Source: Camelus ferus (taxonomy: Eukaryota). Taken from it: a DNA stretch of 64,000 nt. A program made the translations under genes and the position numbers. This document shows, piece by piece, positions 1 to 13,600 of the stretch. Each line of letters begins with the position of its first letter. The first letter of the stretch is position 1. The DNA is taken from positions 32,180,001-32,244,000 of the forward strand of contig NC_045696.1 in the NCBI RefSeq assembly GCF_009834535.1, in the 5' to 3' direction. The notes below the pieces were generated by a model. That model ran no database searches. It was given only the letters and a program-made list of their open reading frames with translations, and was not told the origin of the DNA.

Positions 1-164
1 TGTTTGGCACATAATTGGCATTCAGTAAGTCTTTGCTGAATTAATAATTAAATAGTTTCCTACAGTTTGGGTTTGCAAACTGAGGGGCAGTTAATGGACC
101 CTACTTTGTGATATTCTGTTTAAGCATCCAACTTTCTCCTGTACTAAATGTCCCCTGGGAAAAG

Positions 165-340
165 GATAGGGTCAGCGAGCACTAGACAGAGAGCCAGGGG
201 ACCTAATTTCAGCTCTCATCTCTGTTGCTATGTATCCTTAGGTAAGCCAAGTCACAATTCCCGGACTGAGATTTTTCTCCTCTATATTATGAGGAAAATG
301 GAACCAGCATTGTAGAATTTCCTTCCATCTCCTTCCATTT
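165..340 (+). mobile_element. Degenerate MIR-family SINE fragment
   Basis: gagcactagacagagagccaggggacct...gtatccttaggtaagcc...tttttctcctctat resembles the MIR head and core; highly diverged. Confidence 0.5.
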
Positions 341-2237
341 CTAGAAATCCTACTTACAGCTATTCCTCTCTAACAACTATTCCAAAAATTTTTGAATAAA
401 TCCATCCACTGGGAGCAAAATGCAATTTAGCATAGCTCAGTTAGCAATCTGATGCTGTACGTATGTACAAGTCTCTGCACTCCAGAGAGTATGGTAAAAG
501 CAGAGCCAATAATGGGAAAACAGTGAACAAATAAATGAGAGGAAATGGACATGGCCAATATTGGAGACAATGAATAGGGAACTTATGATGGTGAAGAACT
601 CGTATTGAGAGACATAGGTATAAAATTCACTAAAATAAGTTTAATTTAGTGATCAGGTTCAAGCAATTTTTTTTTAACATCATAAGGGGCTATAAAACAT
701 AATTTGAAACAATAGAAGTTTAGCAAAGCCTGGAAATGGTATAACTTGCTACATGTAGACTTTTCTTCTCTAAATAATTGAGTTCTGTATGCCAGGGAAA
801 ATGTGAAAATAAATAACTCACTGCAGCTAGGGAGCATTTAGTTAAGAAGGGCATACTTGAAATGATAATATAGAAAGTGGAAATTTCTTTATGAGACCTA
901 CAAATTTTAATAGGATTCCAGAGGTGAGGAGAAATTATTTGTGACAGAAAAGATGAACTTCGTTGGGGGGACATTATCAGAGCATTTTAACTTGTATCTG
1001 TTACATTTACTTAATATTCCCACTTTGCCTTGTTCCTGTTGTGGTTTTATTATCTCTCTGATATGGTAGTAAATATAAGATGTATAAAAGTTTTGTAGTG
1101 AGAAACTAGAACCAGTTTCCAATTTTATATTTGTTTATACATATATATGTATATATGTATATATGTACTATATATAATTATGTTTTATATACATTCAATT
1201 ATAATTTTCACTCATAATATAGTATAAACTATGAAAGAAAAAGTAATGAAAAGTGATCTCTCTCATCTTAAAGTGATAGTTCAATGCTTGAAAAGACAAT
1301 GGAGGAAAATAGTGTTGATTGATTAAATCAAATTTAATGATTTTTAAAGTGCTTGTTGTTATAAAGCCAAAGTTATTACTGATATTTTAAATTGTTTTAG
1401 GGATGGACAATGATCTTACTAAAATAGTATTTCCATTAATACTACTGAAAACTAATCAAAACTGAAGTGCCATTTTAATAATTAATATCAATTATATTGC
1501 TAGCTATATTCATTAGGTTAAGTCTCTTCAAAGAGTTGTAGGTTTCTACTTTAGGATAAAAATAACCAGGAAATAAGTCAGTTTGATATTTCTTAAATAC
1601 TAAGACTCTCAGATCTGTCTTCTCTCTGTGAGGCAGGTAAGGACTTGAGAAAAAAAAAGTTTCTAAGATATAATATTGTCAAGGTAATTGTGTGTTTGTT
1701 GATGTTATTATGTTTGCTGTTGTTCTTTTCATTCTGGGTTTTAATTTTTTTAATGGGCACAATTTTTAACATGATTCATATTCCTTATGGAAAACAATTA
1801 GATGAGTTCCTTTTAATGTAAAACTAACATCACTTAACCAAATGTTATTCATCCACAATAAAGTGTACTTAAAATCAGGTATTTAAAGCCATGTTGGAAA
1901 TGAATCTTATTTACCAGAAGTAGTCATTATTTCTTGGGGAAAATGTCATATTAAAGCATAACAAACTTATTCTCTCAAAATTTAACTCAAGTATTGAATT
2001 AAAATGTATTAAATTATTGAGAGCTTATTACATGCCATCAGTTTTCCATATATCCAACTAGATAAACACACAGAGGCACTGTCAAATGTAGTTGCATAAA
2101 AAATCATATTAGAATTGACTTTAATTACATAATAGTTGCAATGCTTAATAGTGAAGTCAGGATATATTATTTTTAGTGTGTAAAAAATTTTAAAAATATG
2201 AAAAAGTATTTCTTTTAGGGAAAAAAATGTCAAGATT

Positions 2238-2406
2238 TTCATCAATTGTAACAAATGTACCACTCTGGTGAGGAAAGGGAAGGTGTTGATAATGGGGGAG
2301 AGTATGCTTGTGTGGATACAGGGAGTAAATGAGAAATGTTTGTACCTTCTTTTCAATTTTGCTGTGAACTTTAAACTGCTCTAAAAAAAAATAGTCTTAA
2401 TTAAAA
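2238..2406 (+). mobile_element. L1 3' UTR end (L1MC1-like)
   Basis: atcaattgtaacaaatgtaccactctggtg...tgttgataatggggga...caattttgctgtgaactttaaactgctctaaaaaaaaatagtct is a typical old L1MC 3' terminus with an A-rich end. Confidence 0.75.
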
Positions 2407-2681
2407 GGTTATGATGACTAAATGCAATGTGATATCATAGATGGGATGGTGAAACAGAAAAATGCCATTAGGGGAAAGCTAATGAAATCTGAATAAAATG
2501 TGGAGTTTAGTTAATAATAGATCAATATGAGTTTGTTAGTTGTGACAAATGTACAAGAGTAATGTAAAAAGTTAACAACTGGGGGAAAGTGGGTACAAGG
2601 TATATGGTGCTCTCTGTAGGGTCTTTGAAACGTTGCTGTCAATTTAAAACTATGCTAATATAAAAATTTACTTAGATATAT
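2407..2681 (+). mobile_element. Second L1 3' UTR end (L1MC3/L1MD-like)
   Basis: atgactaaatgcaatgtgat...gaaacagaaaaatgccattag...tgacaaatgtac...gttaacaactgggggaaagtgggtacaagggtatatgg...ctctctgta matches the old L1MC/MD 3' end pattern. Confidence 0.7.
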
Positions 2682-2724
2682 GAAAAAATGTCAAGATTAT
2701 CTAGGTTTAAAAACTTATAAAATA

Positions 2725-2875
2725 GTTACTATGTGGCAAGTACTTTTCTGATGCTCTCCATGCATTATCTCACTTAATCCTTACACAAATCCTATGGGGC
2801 AGATTCTATTATTATCCCCCCAAAATGGCTTACGAGAAAATTAAGGCACTAAGAAGTTAAACAACTTGCTCATAT
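2725..2875 (-). mobile_element. MIR SINE fragment
   Basis: attatctcacttaatccttacacaaatcctatgggg...attattatcccc...gagaaaattaaggcactaagaagttaaacaacttgctca is the reverse complement of the MIR core. Confidence 0.7.
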
Positions 2876-5800
2876 TAGGGATGCAGATAAGATTATGTTG
2901 TTGTTAGTTCACATAATGGCTTGTCTTCTGGTTCATTGAAGCCGTAGATCAGACAGTATTGGCCACGATAATATTTGTCAAAGCGGCTCGCCATTAAAAC
3001 CCCATCACATTCATCTGAAGGGCACTCCTGATGAAGGCAGCTGATTTTGCCATTCTCATTCCCTTGATAGCATTTCAGGACAGCCAGATTGATTAATTAA
3101 TCTTCTTTGTCTTATGCTTACTCTTCTTGGGAATGATGTTAAGACTTCTTCCCTTTTTTGTAGCCAGGATTTTAACTGAGGAAATTTGATGCTAGACACT
3201 GAGTTATTAACTTACTGAATCACAAAAAAGAAAGAAAAAAATATGTTGAAACAAATTCTAATTTTACGAACAATTTTATAATATATGGTATGTGTCATTT
3301 AAAATGGACCAATGAAAACTCCTTGGGAAATGAAATCTAAACCTCTTAAATATTGGTTCTGTTTATGCATGCTAGAAGACACCTCAGGATCATTAATAGA
3401 TCCAAGAGCTCTTTACCTAGAGGTTATCATTGCATCTCATCAAGGTCAAAAGTAATTAAAAATTGTTGCCATGTGTTCAGTGATTACTAGCTGAGGTTCC
3501 TTGGCAATATTCCAGTATTATGAAGAGTTTTATTATAAATGGAAACTTTTTTATTGGAAAGGATGACTAAGGATTTAATAGTTAAGAGATACGAGATATG
3601 CTATCAGTTTTTCTCTGCTAAAAATTGTCTTTGGAGACCAATATTGTTTGCTCTAAAATTTTGTTTTATATAGCATAACCATAACTGTTATGTTCAAGTA
3701 CTAAATTGTTTAGTCATTGTCACTTTATATGTGCACTGTCACTAACAATCACAGGTGATTCATTTTGAGATGATGACTATATATTTGTAAATCAAAATTA
3801 TAAAATCTCCATTGATTTATTTTATAAGTATGTACTAGGTTTTATGTCTTTTTAAATTCACCTAAATATATATAAACTTATAAACATATTTTAAAATGAA
3901 TTCTTCAAATAAAAGTGTGTGAGATTAAATATTTTACTCAATTTTGACATAAAATAACGTAATAATTTTTTTTGCCAATTGCCATGTCATAGTTGTGTTA
4001 ATAAAAAAGCGACTTCTTATCTAATGAGTGTTAAAAGTAAGCAAAATTATAAATGAAATACCATTCTTTGGTAAAGCACAATTAATTTAATAACATATGA
4101 TATGTTTTTAACTACTGTGTCAAACCTTGGTTTCATGTTTGGTGCACACAAACTCTACCAAGAAAAAAAGAAAGTACCTTTACAACTTTTGCTCCATTGA
4201 CTGTTTTCAATGTTTAATTTTTTAATGCAGATTTATGTGCATCAAATTTTACAGAGAATCTGTATGGAAATATGGTTCAAAATAACACTGCCAGTGATCT
4301 TATTGAGAGAGAGCCATTTAGTAAAGGAATAAATGCCGGTAGCTATCCTCTAAGCATTTTTAGCTCTTTGTGCCACTGACTTCTGTAAATTATCCTATTT
4401 TTAAAACTTGTCTTGCAGGAAAGGAAAGAACAGAAAATCCATATTTAGTAGTCAACCAATAACAATTCTTTTGTGTTTTTTGAATATCTCAGAAAACAAA
4501 TCATATTGAGCTCCATGGCATTAATACAAATAAACTGTTCTTTCCTACCACAGCTAGAAGGTAGCCATTGTGATTTGGGATCATCCACCAGCTTTTCAGA
4601 GCTAAGAAGAACAAAACAAAGATGTTCAATTTTGGATTAACATAGCATCTTTTATAACGTTTGCATATAGTCATGTAAAAAGAGCTGGGGTAAGGACACT
4701 TTTGTAGCATTACATCATCAGTGTAAAGCTTTACAGGAATCATTGAAACAAAGAGCATTCATATGCAGATATCTTATCAGCAGAAAGCCCAGAAACTGTC
4801 TCCCAATTTTACATTCATAACTTACGTTCAGAAGAGCTTAAGGAATAGACGTTCTCTGCAACGTTCCATTATTTCTTTCCTTCTTGAAATGAGCTTTTTA
4901 CAATCTATTGGGGAAAGATATATCCACTTCCCCCCTTGGGCATGTTCAGGTGCATACAGGGCATCACTTAATACTATTTGCAGCCTTATTTTTCTTTCCT
5001 GTCAAAAGGCTTTCTTTCATTTTCACGCTTCCTATAGGGCAATAAACTTAGGTAGTCTGCACTTCTGGGGTGTCTAAAAGGAACAGAGAAATGTTGACAG
5101 AGTATTTTGCATTACTGCTGTTAAAAAACACTTCTATAAAAAAGGAATATTCTAAGTGGTCTGCTTTTACCACACTGGATTGCTTTTTAATGGTTATTTT
5201 GTGCTATTAATAACTAAGAAAACACAGTAAATCCAAATAAGCTCAGTTTAAATTAGTTTTGTAGGTATTCTTTAAGTTTTATCCTCCAAAAGGAAAAAAA
5301 AATTCTCAATGATAACTAGTATTTTGTAAATCTAGGTATTTCTAAGAAATAGTAGAAATTTAAACATATAAAAACATCTATAATGAGTATTTCAATAAAA
5401 TAAAGCAGTTTTAAAAACAGGCATATATTACACTATTTTATGTGCAACAGACATTTTTTTGTTATCTTGGAAGGATTTTTAAATACCTGGAAATGAAATG
5501 TGAAGTCAAATGCATCACTTAACTTGATCGCAAACTTCCTCACACCCTAGTCTGTTCCATAGCTGGTCAGACTAATCATTACAATCTTACAGATAGATAG
5601 GAAGATAGCTACCTTTAGAAATTTTATGACATGCCTCTTAACTCCTCTTTCATGTGAATATTTCACTGTATAGTCACTTTAGCAAACCATGGATTCATGC
5701 TTGGGCAAAACCCTAGCGAATACGTATTCTTTCTGTTTAGCTGATGTGTCAAAGTGATTTAAGTGCTAAAAGAGGAGTAGGAATTCAAAAAAAGCTCAAT

Positions 5801-6200
5801 AGTATCTTCAAGTCAGGCAACACCAAACATATAGCTTCAATTGTCATATACATCAGAAAGATTATACATCTTATAATCAGAATAACAACATCTAAGTTTG
5901 GAATTTTCAGTGGAAATATCAAAATAAAAATCTTATTAAATTTAATGTTACCTCGGTTTTCTTTTTTCCTGGATATAATTAAATTTTTTTTGAAATATTA
6001 TCATCATTTATGTTCTCTTTTCATGCCAATGGCACATGCAAATTTTTTTTGAAAAGTTTTGATTTTATAATTTTGATTTAAAACATTCTCAGATGACCCC
6101 TGACTTGTTCACTTCTGATGTTGCTATTTAAATTTAGATCAACTTATCCTTGTACTGTGCCTCTTTCTCCAGGTTTTTCAGTCCTATATTAAGAAATCTT

Positions 6201-6335
6201 GGGGAGGAGGTTATAGCTCAGTGGTAGAGTGCATGTCTAGCATGCATGAGGTCCTGGGTTCAATCCCCAGTACCTCCGTTAAGAAACAAATTAGTAAGTC
6301 TGATTACCTACACCCCCCAAAAAAAGAAAAAGAAA
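6201..6335 (+). mobile_element. tRNA-Ala-derived SINE (camelid Vic-1-like)
   Basis: GGGGAGGAGGTTATAGCTCAGTGGTAGAG (A box), GGTTCAATCCCC (B box), unique tail ...TGATTACCTACACCCCCC plus A-rich tail. Imperfect TSD AAGAAATCT (6191-6199) / AAGAAATGT (6336-6344). Confidence 0.85.
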
Positions 6336-7102
6336 AAGAAATGTAGGTTATTGTCATAAAACAAACAGAAAAAATGGAAAATAATATTTATGTTTCTAAA
6401 ATATTCTTCACATTCTCCCTTTTAGATTAAAACTAATGATTAAAATGAAATCTGGGACTGTGTATTTTATTTATAGGACAGAGAAATTAGACATATTTCC
6501 TAATGTGGAAAAATGGAAGGTTTCTGAGCTTAAGGAGTCTGAGTAACCACCTACACTTTACTTTAAGAGTCATATCTATATATTGCTGTACCTCTGGTAA
6601 TCTTGAATACATTACAGAACCTTTGCTTTTATCAAAAATATGATATGCAGTATGAAATCTTCATAATGTAGAATGGTGAAAAATCTTCATAATGTTGATT
6701 GGATTGCACTTTGTTTTAGGTTTATTTTATAGCAAATTATTTGCTCTTCTGTTAGGTTGGTGACTGTTGACGTCAGACACATGCAAGCATGTTACTTAGC
6801 CACTATCCAGACATGGGCAAATTTCAGAAATTGCCTGGGTCCAGTTAACTTATGTCTAAAACTACAGTGAGTTACCCTTTGTGAAGCCTCATAGACCTCA
6901 TAGGAACAGAATATGTGGTAATGTCCTTCACTCTGATTCCATTTTGATTTGAGCTGGTGCCATATAAAAATATATATATAAATATGAGGAGAATTTCTTT
7001 CTACATTTTGTGGATAACAATTTAATTTCTACTTAGAAAATAAACTTGTGAAGTACCTTTCCAAGTTCAATTATCTCGATGGTTCCTTTTGTGTTTGGGA
7101 TG

Positions 7103-7416
7103 TGCTATATTCTGAATGTCTGTGTGCCCCCAAATTCATGTGTCACTTAACCTTGAAAGTGATGGTATTAAGGAGGGGCCTTTGGGAAGTGGTTAGGTCA
7201 TACAAGTGGGGCCCTCATGAGTGAGATTAATGCCCTTAGAGAAGAGGCCTGAGAAAGTTGCCTTGCCCTCCCACTGTGTGATGTTACAGTAAGAAAGTGG
7301 CTGTCATGGAGGAATTGTGATCTTATAGGACACAGAATCTTCAGGGCCTGAATCTTTTCTTTCCAGCTCCCCGAACTGTGAGAAATTTCTGTTGTTTATA
7401 ATCCACCCAATTTATG

Positions 7417-7447
<31 letters not shown>

Positions 7448-7469
7448 ACAATCCCAACTGACTAAGACA
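7103..7469 (+). mobile_element. MaLR solo LTR (MLT1A-like)
   Basis: Starts TGCTATATTCTGAATGTCTGTG and ends GACTAAGACA; internal gggcctttgggaagtggttaggtcat and gaactgtgagaaatttctgttgtttata; 5-bp near-TSD GGATG/GGAAG; expanded poly-T near the 3' end. Confidence 0.85.
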
Positions 7470-7907
7470 GGAAGATAAGTAATGCCCCACTCTGGGTGTA
7501 GAGTGAAGGAGAGCTTGATTACAGCCTCCTTCCAGGCCCTTAGCATCTCTCTAATAGTTCTCTTCTGGGCTTTGGAGATGGAGTCCAGTTTCTTTACTGG
7601 GCTTACCAAAAAAAAAATGCTTACAAGGAGGATGATTACAGCAGAGTGTGTACCACTGTCTGTCATGCAGATCTGTCTGGATATGAACAAGGAGTGTTTC
7701 AAATGTTTCAAAAAATAAGACAAAAGGGAGCCTGAGTTTGTGGCAAAAAATAATCCAGTTACCAGATATTGTTGCTGAGTATTTGTCAGCTTGATGATAG
7801 AACAGTTGTGATAGATTCTTGAGAATTAATATCGCAGAAAAACTTAATGTCACAGAAGAACTTTCATAAATACCACCTCATTTTACCTCACAACAATTCT
7901 GAGAGTT

Positions 7908-7941
7908 TGTGTGTGTGTGTGTATGTATATGTATGTATGTA

Positions 7942-7975
<34 letters not shown>
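7908..7975. repeat. Compound (TG)n/(TATG)n/(TA)n microsatellite within a MIR remnant
   Basis: Directly visible. Flanks (cctcattttacctcacaacaattctgagag; gttaaaatttttgctcaggtt...agtaaatgacatagtcagatcaaaaccaggtctt) resemble a minus-strand MIR. Confidence 0.85.
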
Positions 7976-10354
7976 AATCCACATTTAATGCAGGAGGGAA
8001 AGAAAAAAAAGTTAAAATTTTTGCTCAGGTTTCCTCCATTAGTAAATGACATAGTCAGATCAAAACCAGGTCTTCTGTCTTCTGGTCCGTATCTATCTCA
8101 TGTTTATAAATATATTGAAACCAGGTTACTCTCTTGAGAATCCAAGGCAGGGAAAAAGCATCATAAGGAGGAAAGAGAGAAATAATAATATTAAACAGAT
8201 TGAGATATACTTGGCTTAGGGCCCTATTGAATACCTCATCATATTTTTGCAAGATAAATTAAACTGCATGCATGCTTTACAGAATAGTTGTGATTTTTTT
8301 GCTGAACCCCAATGAGCGGGATATATTATTTTGCAATACATGGACATAATGTGACTCTTTATGAAGGACAAAGTTATTTCACAGTTCTCAAATGCCACAC
8401 TCTTTCTTTAGAACAGTGACTACAGATTGAAAAATGCAAAGCCCTTTTCTCTTCATAGTTATTTTTCCTCTCAGTTAATGGCATAAATCACTGAACTTTT
8501 GTTAAAACTCAACACATTTCTTTGACCTGTGACATAGAAATGACTCGATAACTAGGTGCCTGGGTGCTTGAATACATAACAATCAAGATTTTCTTATAGA
8601 TGTGTAGACTTTAAGGTACATTGGTAGGAGATTTTTTGCACAGGTGCAGTGAGTAATTTTCTAGTAAAAGCCTGAACAAGGGCACTTCACATTACAGTCT
8701 GAAAAACATAATCTGAAAGAACAAAGGCATATTTGATTACGGGGAGATGTGTAGCAATGTTGGCAGCAAACACAAAGCTTCCCTAACCCTTCCTCACACG
8801 CTATTCAGTGGAATCCAACTAACTGCATATGTCCTAAAGAATTTTTTGGGAGGATGTTTATGCAAAAATTTTCCAAGTTGTAGTTTTCATGTTTTAAATA
8901 CCATTTTTTTTAACTTTGAGAATGCCGTATTTGGTTGATGATAGCCATCTGTGTGTTTCTGTATCTCCGAAATTTATATATATATCTCTATATATATTTG
9001 TATAGATACTTATATATTCTATATACACATAAATATATATATATGTCTGTCATCCAGATATGAAAGCTTATTTTTCATATACTTGGTACATAAGCAGTCA
9101 AGTCTTGACCTTGATAAGGCCAGAATATAAAACTGTGGTGGCAAAAATGGTTGGCCAAAGACTGAAAAAGTTATCTCCATCCTTCACTTTTATCTTTCCA
9201 TCAGAGATTTTCTCATTAAATTTCAATCAAAAATATAACATTAATAATAAATGTATTCCATGTAAGAAATCTTACTTTGCCCTCTCCTATCTCTTACCTA
9301 GTCTTGGGTAAGGATTATGGACAGTGTAATTGCTTTTGATATGTTATTTTCTCCTTTTACATATATGATCTTGAATATAAAAGGATCACACCATTTGGAG
9401 AGATAGTTTTTAATCAGGTACATTATTTTCTTGCTCCTGAAGATCCAGTTAAGAATATCCTACTCTAAAAAATATCCTACAGGGTATTTCATGGTGTATA
9501 GTTTTGGGGAACTCAGCCAACAATAAGAAAACGGTCAAAATGTTTTTCTCTACCTTTAGAAAAGCTGCGTTTTAAAAATCTCCTTTAAATCTTTTTTCCT
9601 TTGTCTATCTTTTTTTTTTAAACTCTTAATATTGTGGATACAATATTTTGTAAGCAAAATAAAGGCATGCAAACAGAAACTTCCACAAATATATGTGCTT
9701 CACAATCATAGAATGGCACAACATGTATTCCATAGAAACAGAAAATGTTGTTAGCATTGAATTTAAGTTCCTATGGAAAGAAATAGCCCATTAGAAAATA
9801 AACCTATAATGATCGATTGTATTTCTACCCGCATTAAATACTTTTACTGATATCCTGACGGAGTCATTAGCATGCAATGAAGTACCCAATTATTATATGC
9901 CCTGCTGTTTTCAACTCTTGCAGATTGTCAGTCCTCAGTTTGAAATAAGCTGCATGATGTGAAAGGCATCTCTCTTTCTGTGACTGGTCTGCTGAGCTGA
10001 TACGCTTTCTGATTTCCTTAGGCTTTTCTTCAGTTCCAAGTCAATGCTAATAGCATGATCCATGCTTTTGCTTTTAAAACCATTTACACAGCAAAAGAAT
10101 CCTTATAAGTTTTTCTTTATGTACCCCAGAGTTGATTTCTTTTTATTTTTTTCTTAGAATATTGGAAATGCATACATTAAAATTTGCCTGTAGCCATAGA
10201 AAACTTTTGTTTGTTTTTGTTTTTTAAAGAGTGGACAGTCTTTTTCATGTTAAGACCAATGAAATGCCCTAATGTTAAGGTGTTCAGTATCCAACTCTCA
10301 CTTCTGTACAGTTTGCTTAGGGAAAAAAACAAAAGAACTTCAGGACAGAGCACA

Positions 10355-10620
10355 TTAAACCAGTACTGCCGACGACCGAGGCCACTAGTCACATAACCAG
10401 TTCAGCTGTGGCTAGTCTAAGCTGAGGTCTTGATGACTTAGTATGAAATATGATGACTATAAAGTATCTCATGTATAACTTTTGTATTGATCGCATGGTA
10501 AAATGATAATATTTTAATAAATTGTGTTAAATATGTTAATGAAAGTTAAGTTCATCTTTTTTTCATTTTTAAAATGTGGCTACTAGAAAATTTAAAATTA
10601 TATATATGACTTGTATTTAA
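10355..10620. mobile_element. hAT-Charlie non-autonomous DNA transposon remnant (MER33-like)
   Basis: gccactagtcacat...tgtggctagt...tttttaaaatgtggctactagaaaatttaaaattatatatatgacttgtatt. Confidence 0.7.
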
Positions 10621-13600
10621 ACAGATTAAGCTATGCCATATTTTAGGTATATCTTTCAATATTAGGTTTCCTTTGGTTCTTTCTAAAGATTTTCAAAAAC
10701 TTTTTGGGGAGTAATTCTAGTAGTGGAGGCGACATATTACTTTGCTGGATGTCATTTATCAAGTACTTTATTATTTATAAGTCTTTGTTTCTTTTCTTCC
10801 ATGAACAATTTCATCCTTCTTTGTACTCTCCAGAACTCTCTTCATATCTGTATGTTGTATGTGTTGCAGTCTTAAAACAAACTAATAAAAGCGAGCATAA
10901 TATGTACTGAAGTGGGCCCCCACGTGTATCCGATGCACCAGCAGTTAATTCCCCCAAACAACATCGTGCCAGTCATTTCTTCTGTTTCTTGCACTTTGTT
11001 TTCGGTATGCCTATGGGCATCACATCACAAACACTTGGGAAGATTTAAAGTAACACTATTCATGGGTAGAGTATCAGGGTGGGCTTGGTGATCGCAAGCA
11101 AGGGTTAAAAACTGCACATCATCATAGTGAGGACAGTCTAGGCTTAGATTTTGCTTTTTGATAAATCAAGAGGATGTCCAAGGGCAAAATGTTTTCCTTT
11201 CACACAGAATACTTAAAAAGAAGGCTCTGATATCTTTTACCAAATTTTAACGAAACTTTCTAAGTTTTAAATTAAAGAGGAAAAAATTCTAGCACAGTAC
11301 CAAATAAGAAACATAGTAAGATGGGATACCAGAATTAAAAATTCTCAAAAATGGGCCTTCGATCCCAGAAGTAGTTCACAGAGGAAAAAAAAAAGTTAAA
11401 ATGTTTTTAATGTGTATTATTTTCTCCAGCTAGGAAAATATATCCTATATTTCAACACAAACTGATGAAAAGTCCCAAAGAAAATCAAAAGAAAGGCTCA
11501 TAGAATTAGTTCCATGCCTCTCCCATCCCTCATCCCTGCCACCCAAGTCTCTCCAGAAAAGAAGATAAGGCATTTGCTGTTTGGTACAGTCCATTAAATG
11601 ATATTTATTTTTGAATAAAATCTACATTTATTTTCCCTAATCAAATACTGAAACATCAAATGATAAGCTTTATTAAAAATACATTTAATCTGCATTTTAT
11701 CCAAAGTCAGATCTTTATTAGCACTTTTTATCTGGTGTGGGTATTTGCTTTTTAAGCAAATTTTAGTTTGCATTTGAGGACAGTAAATGTTTGCGTCCAG
11801 TTTTCTCAGAATCACAAAACTATAAAATGTTGCAAACCAGAAGAAGGATGATGCTTTCATTTAAAAAAAAAAAAACAAAAGGAGTTTTGTGGCTTGAACA
11901 CTAAAAATATAAAGATAAAATTGGAATTCTAGAGCAGTTTCTTGGGGGAAGAAACAGAAAGGTCAAAAACTTCTGATGACAGCAGAAAAAGGTAATCCTT
12001 TTTGTAAGATCTAAAAGATGATCCTTGCATCCATGAATCTCAGTTAACAGCAAGGTCAGTGAGTAGTTTACTGACCGTCTCAAGGGTTTTAGCTACATGA
12101 TGCTGGACTTCCACATGTTTCTAGATATTTATAGAGTTGGTATAGGATAAGAAAAATTTCTGATTAATTATGTATTTTTTTCTATTTCTATCTGCATATA
12201 TTTGTCTTCATGTAAACAAATCTTATTTAACAATTATACCATAAGTTATTCTATATATCATTGTAAGCAAATATATATTTTACTTCAAACAGGAAAGACT
12301 TGTGAGGTTTCTAAATATTAGTTATTAATCTTCTAGGCTCAGCAATACACAGAGACTATGGAGCTGGGAATGGTAGTTTCTTTTTGCCCTTATTAGTTCA
12401 TTTTGGATTTCTATCTTGATAAAGAAAGCAAATATTATAAAGTAGTCTTAGTTTGGGAGATATAATTCTGGTCCATCGCTGTTAACTTGGGATAAATTTT
12501 TTTTGGATAAGTTATTTTTATATCTCTCTGGGTAATTGAGAGGCTTCACATTTTTTTTTAGCAGTTTCACATATTTTTGTGAGCATTTGTTGAGTGCACA
12601 CATGTTCATACAGAGTTATTCATTATTTTCAGAGGAAAAAATTTTATACCTCTGCATAGCATCACCTCCTCATATACTTGCATATTCTATACAGAAGCCT
12701 GAATACAAATAGTGCTAAGCTCTTTCATTTTTTCAAAGTTTTCTTACCAGTTTCTACATATTTCTACAATAGCACTTAATATTTTTATTGACTGTTGATG
12801 CCTGTTTGACTGCAGACTCTTTCTCATTCCTTTTACATCTCCACTGTACATCATGGTATTCTGTAAATATTTGTTTATTAAATGATAGTTATTTTATAGC
12901 AAATCAGAAGACTGAGGACCAATAGAATAAACACAATTTTCTGTCTACTCCTGAGTGAAAATATTGCTATCTACTGTTCCATTCTGACATCTTTGTCCAT
13001 AAATTTTACATACTTTTTCAATTTGATTAATTCTACTTCTTGGACCAGCTACTGAGTTTATATTGCTTCCTGACGCTTTCCTCACATGCAGTGTAATGGC
13101 TCAAGTCCTAAAACCAGCTGAGACACATGTATCTACAAGAGAAAATATTTATAAATTTTTAATTAAGAAATTTTTACAATACCAACTGTATACATTTAAA
13201 ATCTGTGGGTGAACACCAACTGCATTTTGGTGTGATAATCTGTTAAACATACTGTTTAGCAAAATTTAAAAGTATGCAAGGCTTGCAAGAATCTGAAAAA
13301 CTACTTTTTATGATATCATTAATGAAGTTTATCTGAAACCATTATTTATTTGTTTTGGCACATATGGTAATACCTTCAAAGTTGGAAAAGTAAGAGCAGA
13401 ATAATTGATCATAATTGGGAAATAGGCTCCTGAAAATAACTGGGTGCAGGTCTTATCAGGATCAAATAAACAGAAAGAGGGAAAAAGGAATTTCAAGATT
13501 ATAGTTAAGGCCCACATAGTCAGAACTGAATAAGCTTACAATTGCATGACAAGCATGCAGTATGAAACAAAAAAAGACATACTGATTTGACATAAAAATC

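Noticed and set aside
4231..4379. Acceptor-like TTTTTAATGCAG followed by a roughly 48-codon open frame
   Set aside because: No convincing donor and no recognisable protein; frames of this length occur by chance.
6201..6280. tRNA-Ala-like sequence as a true tRNA gene
   Set aside because: It continues into a SINE-specific tail, A-rich end and TSD; a second diverged copy lies at 15987-16129.
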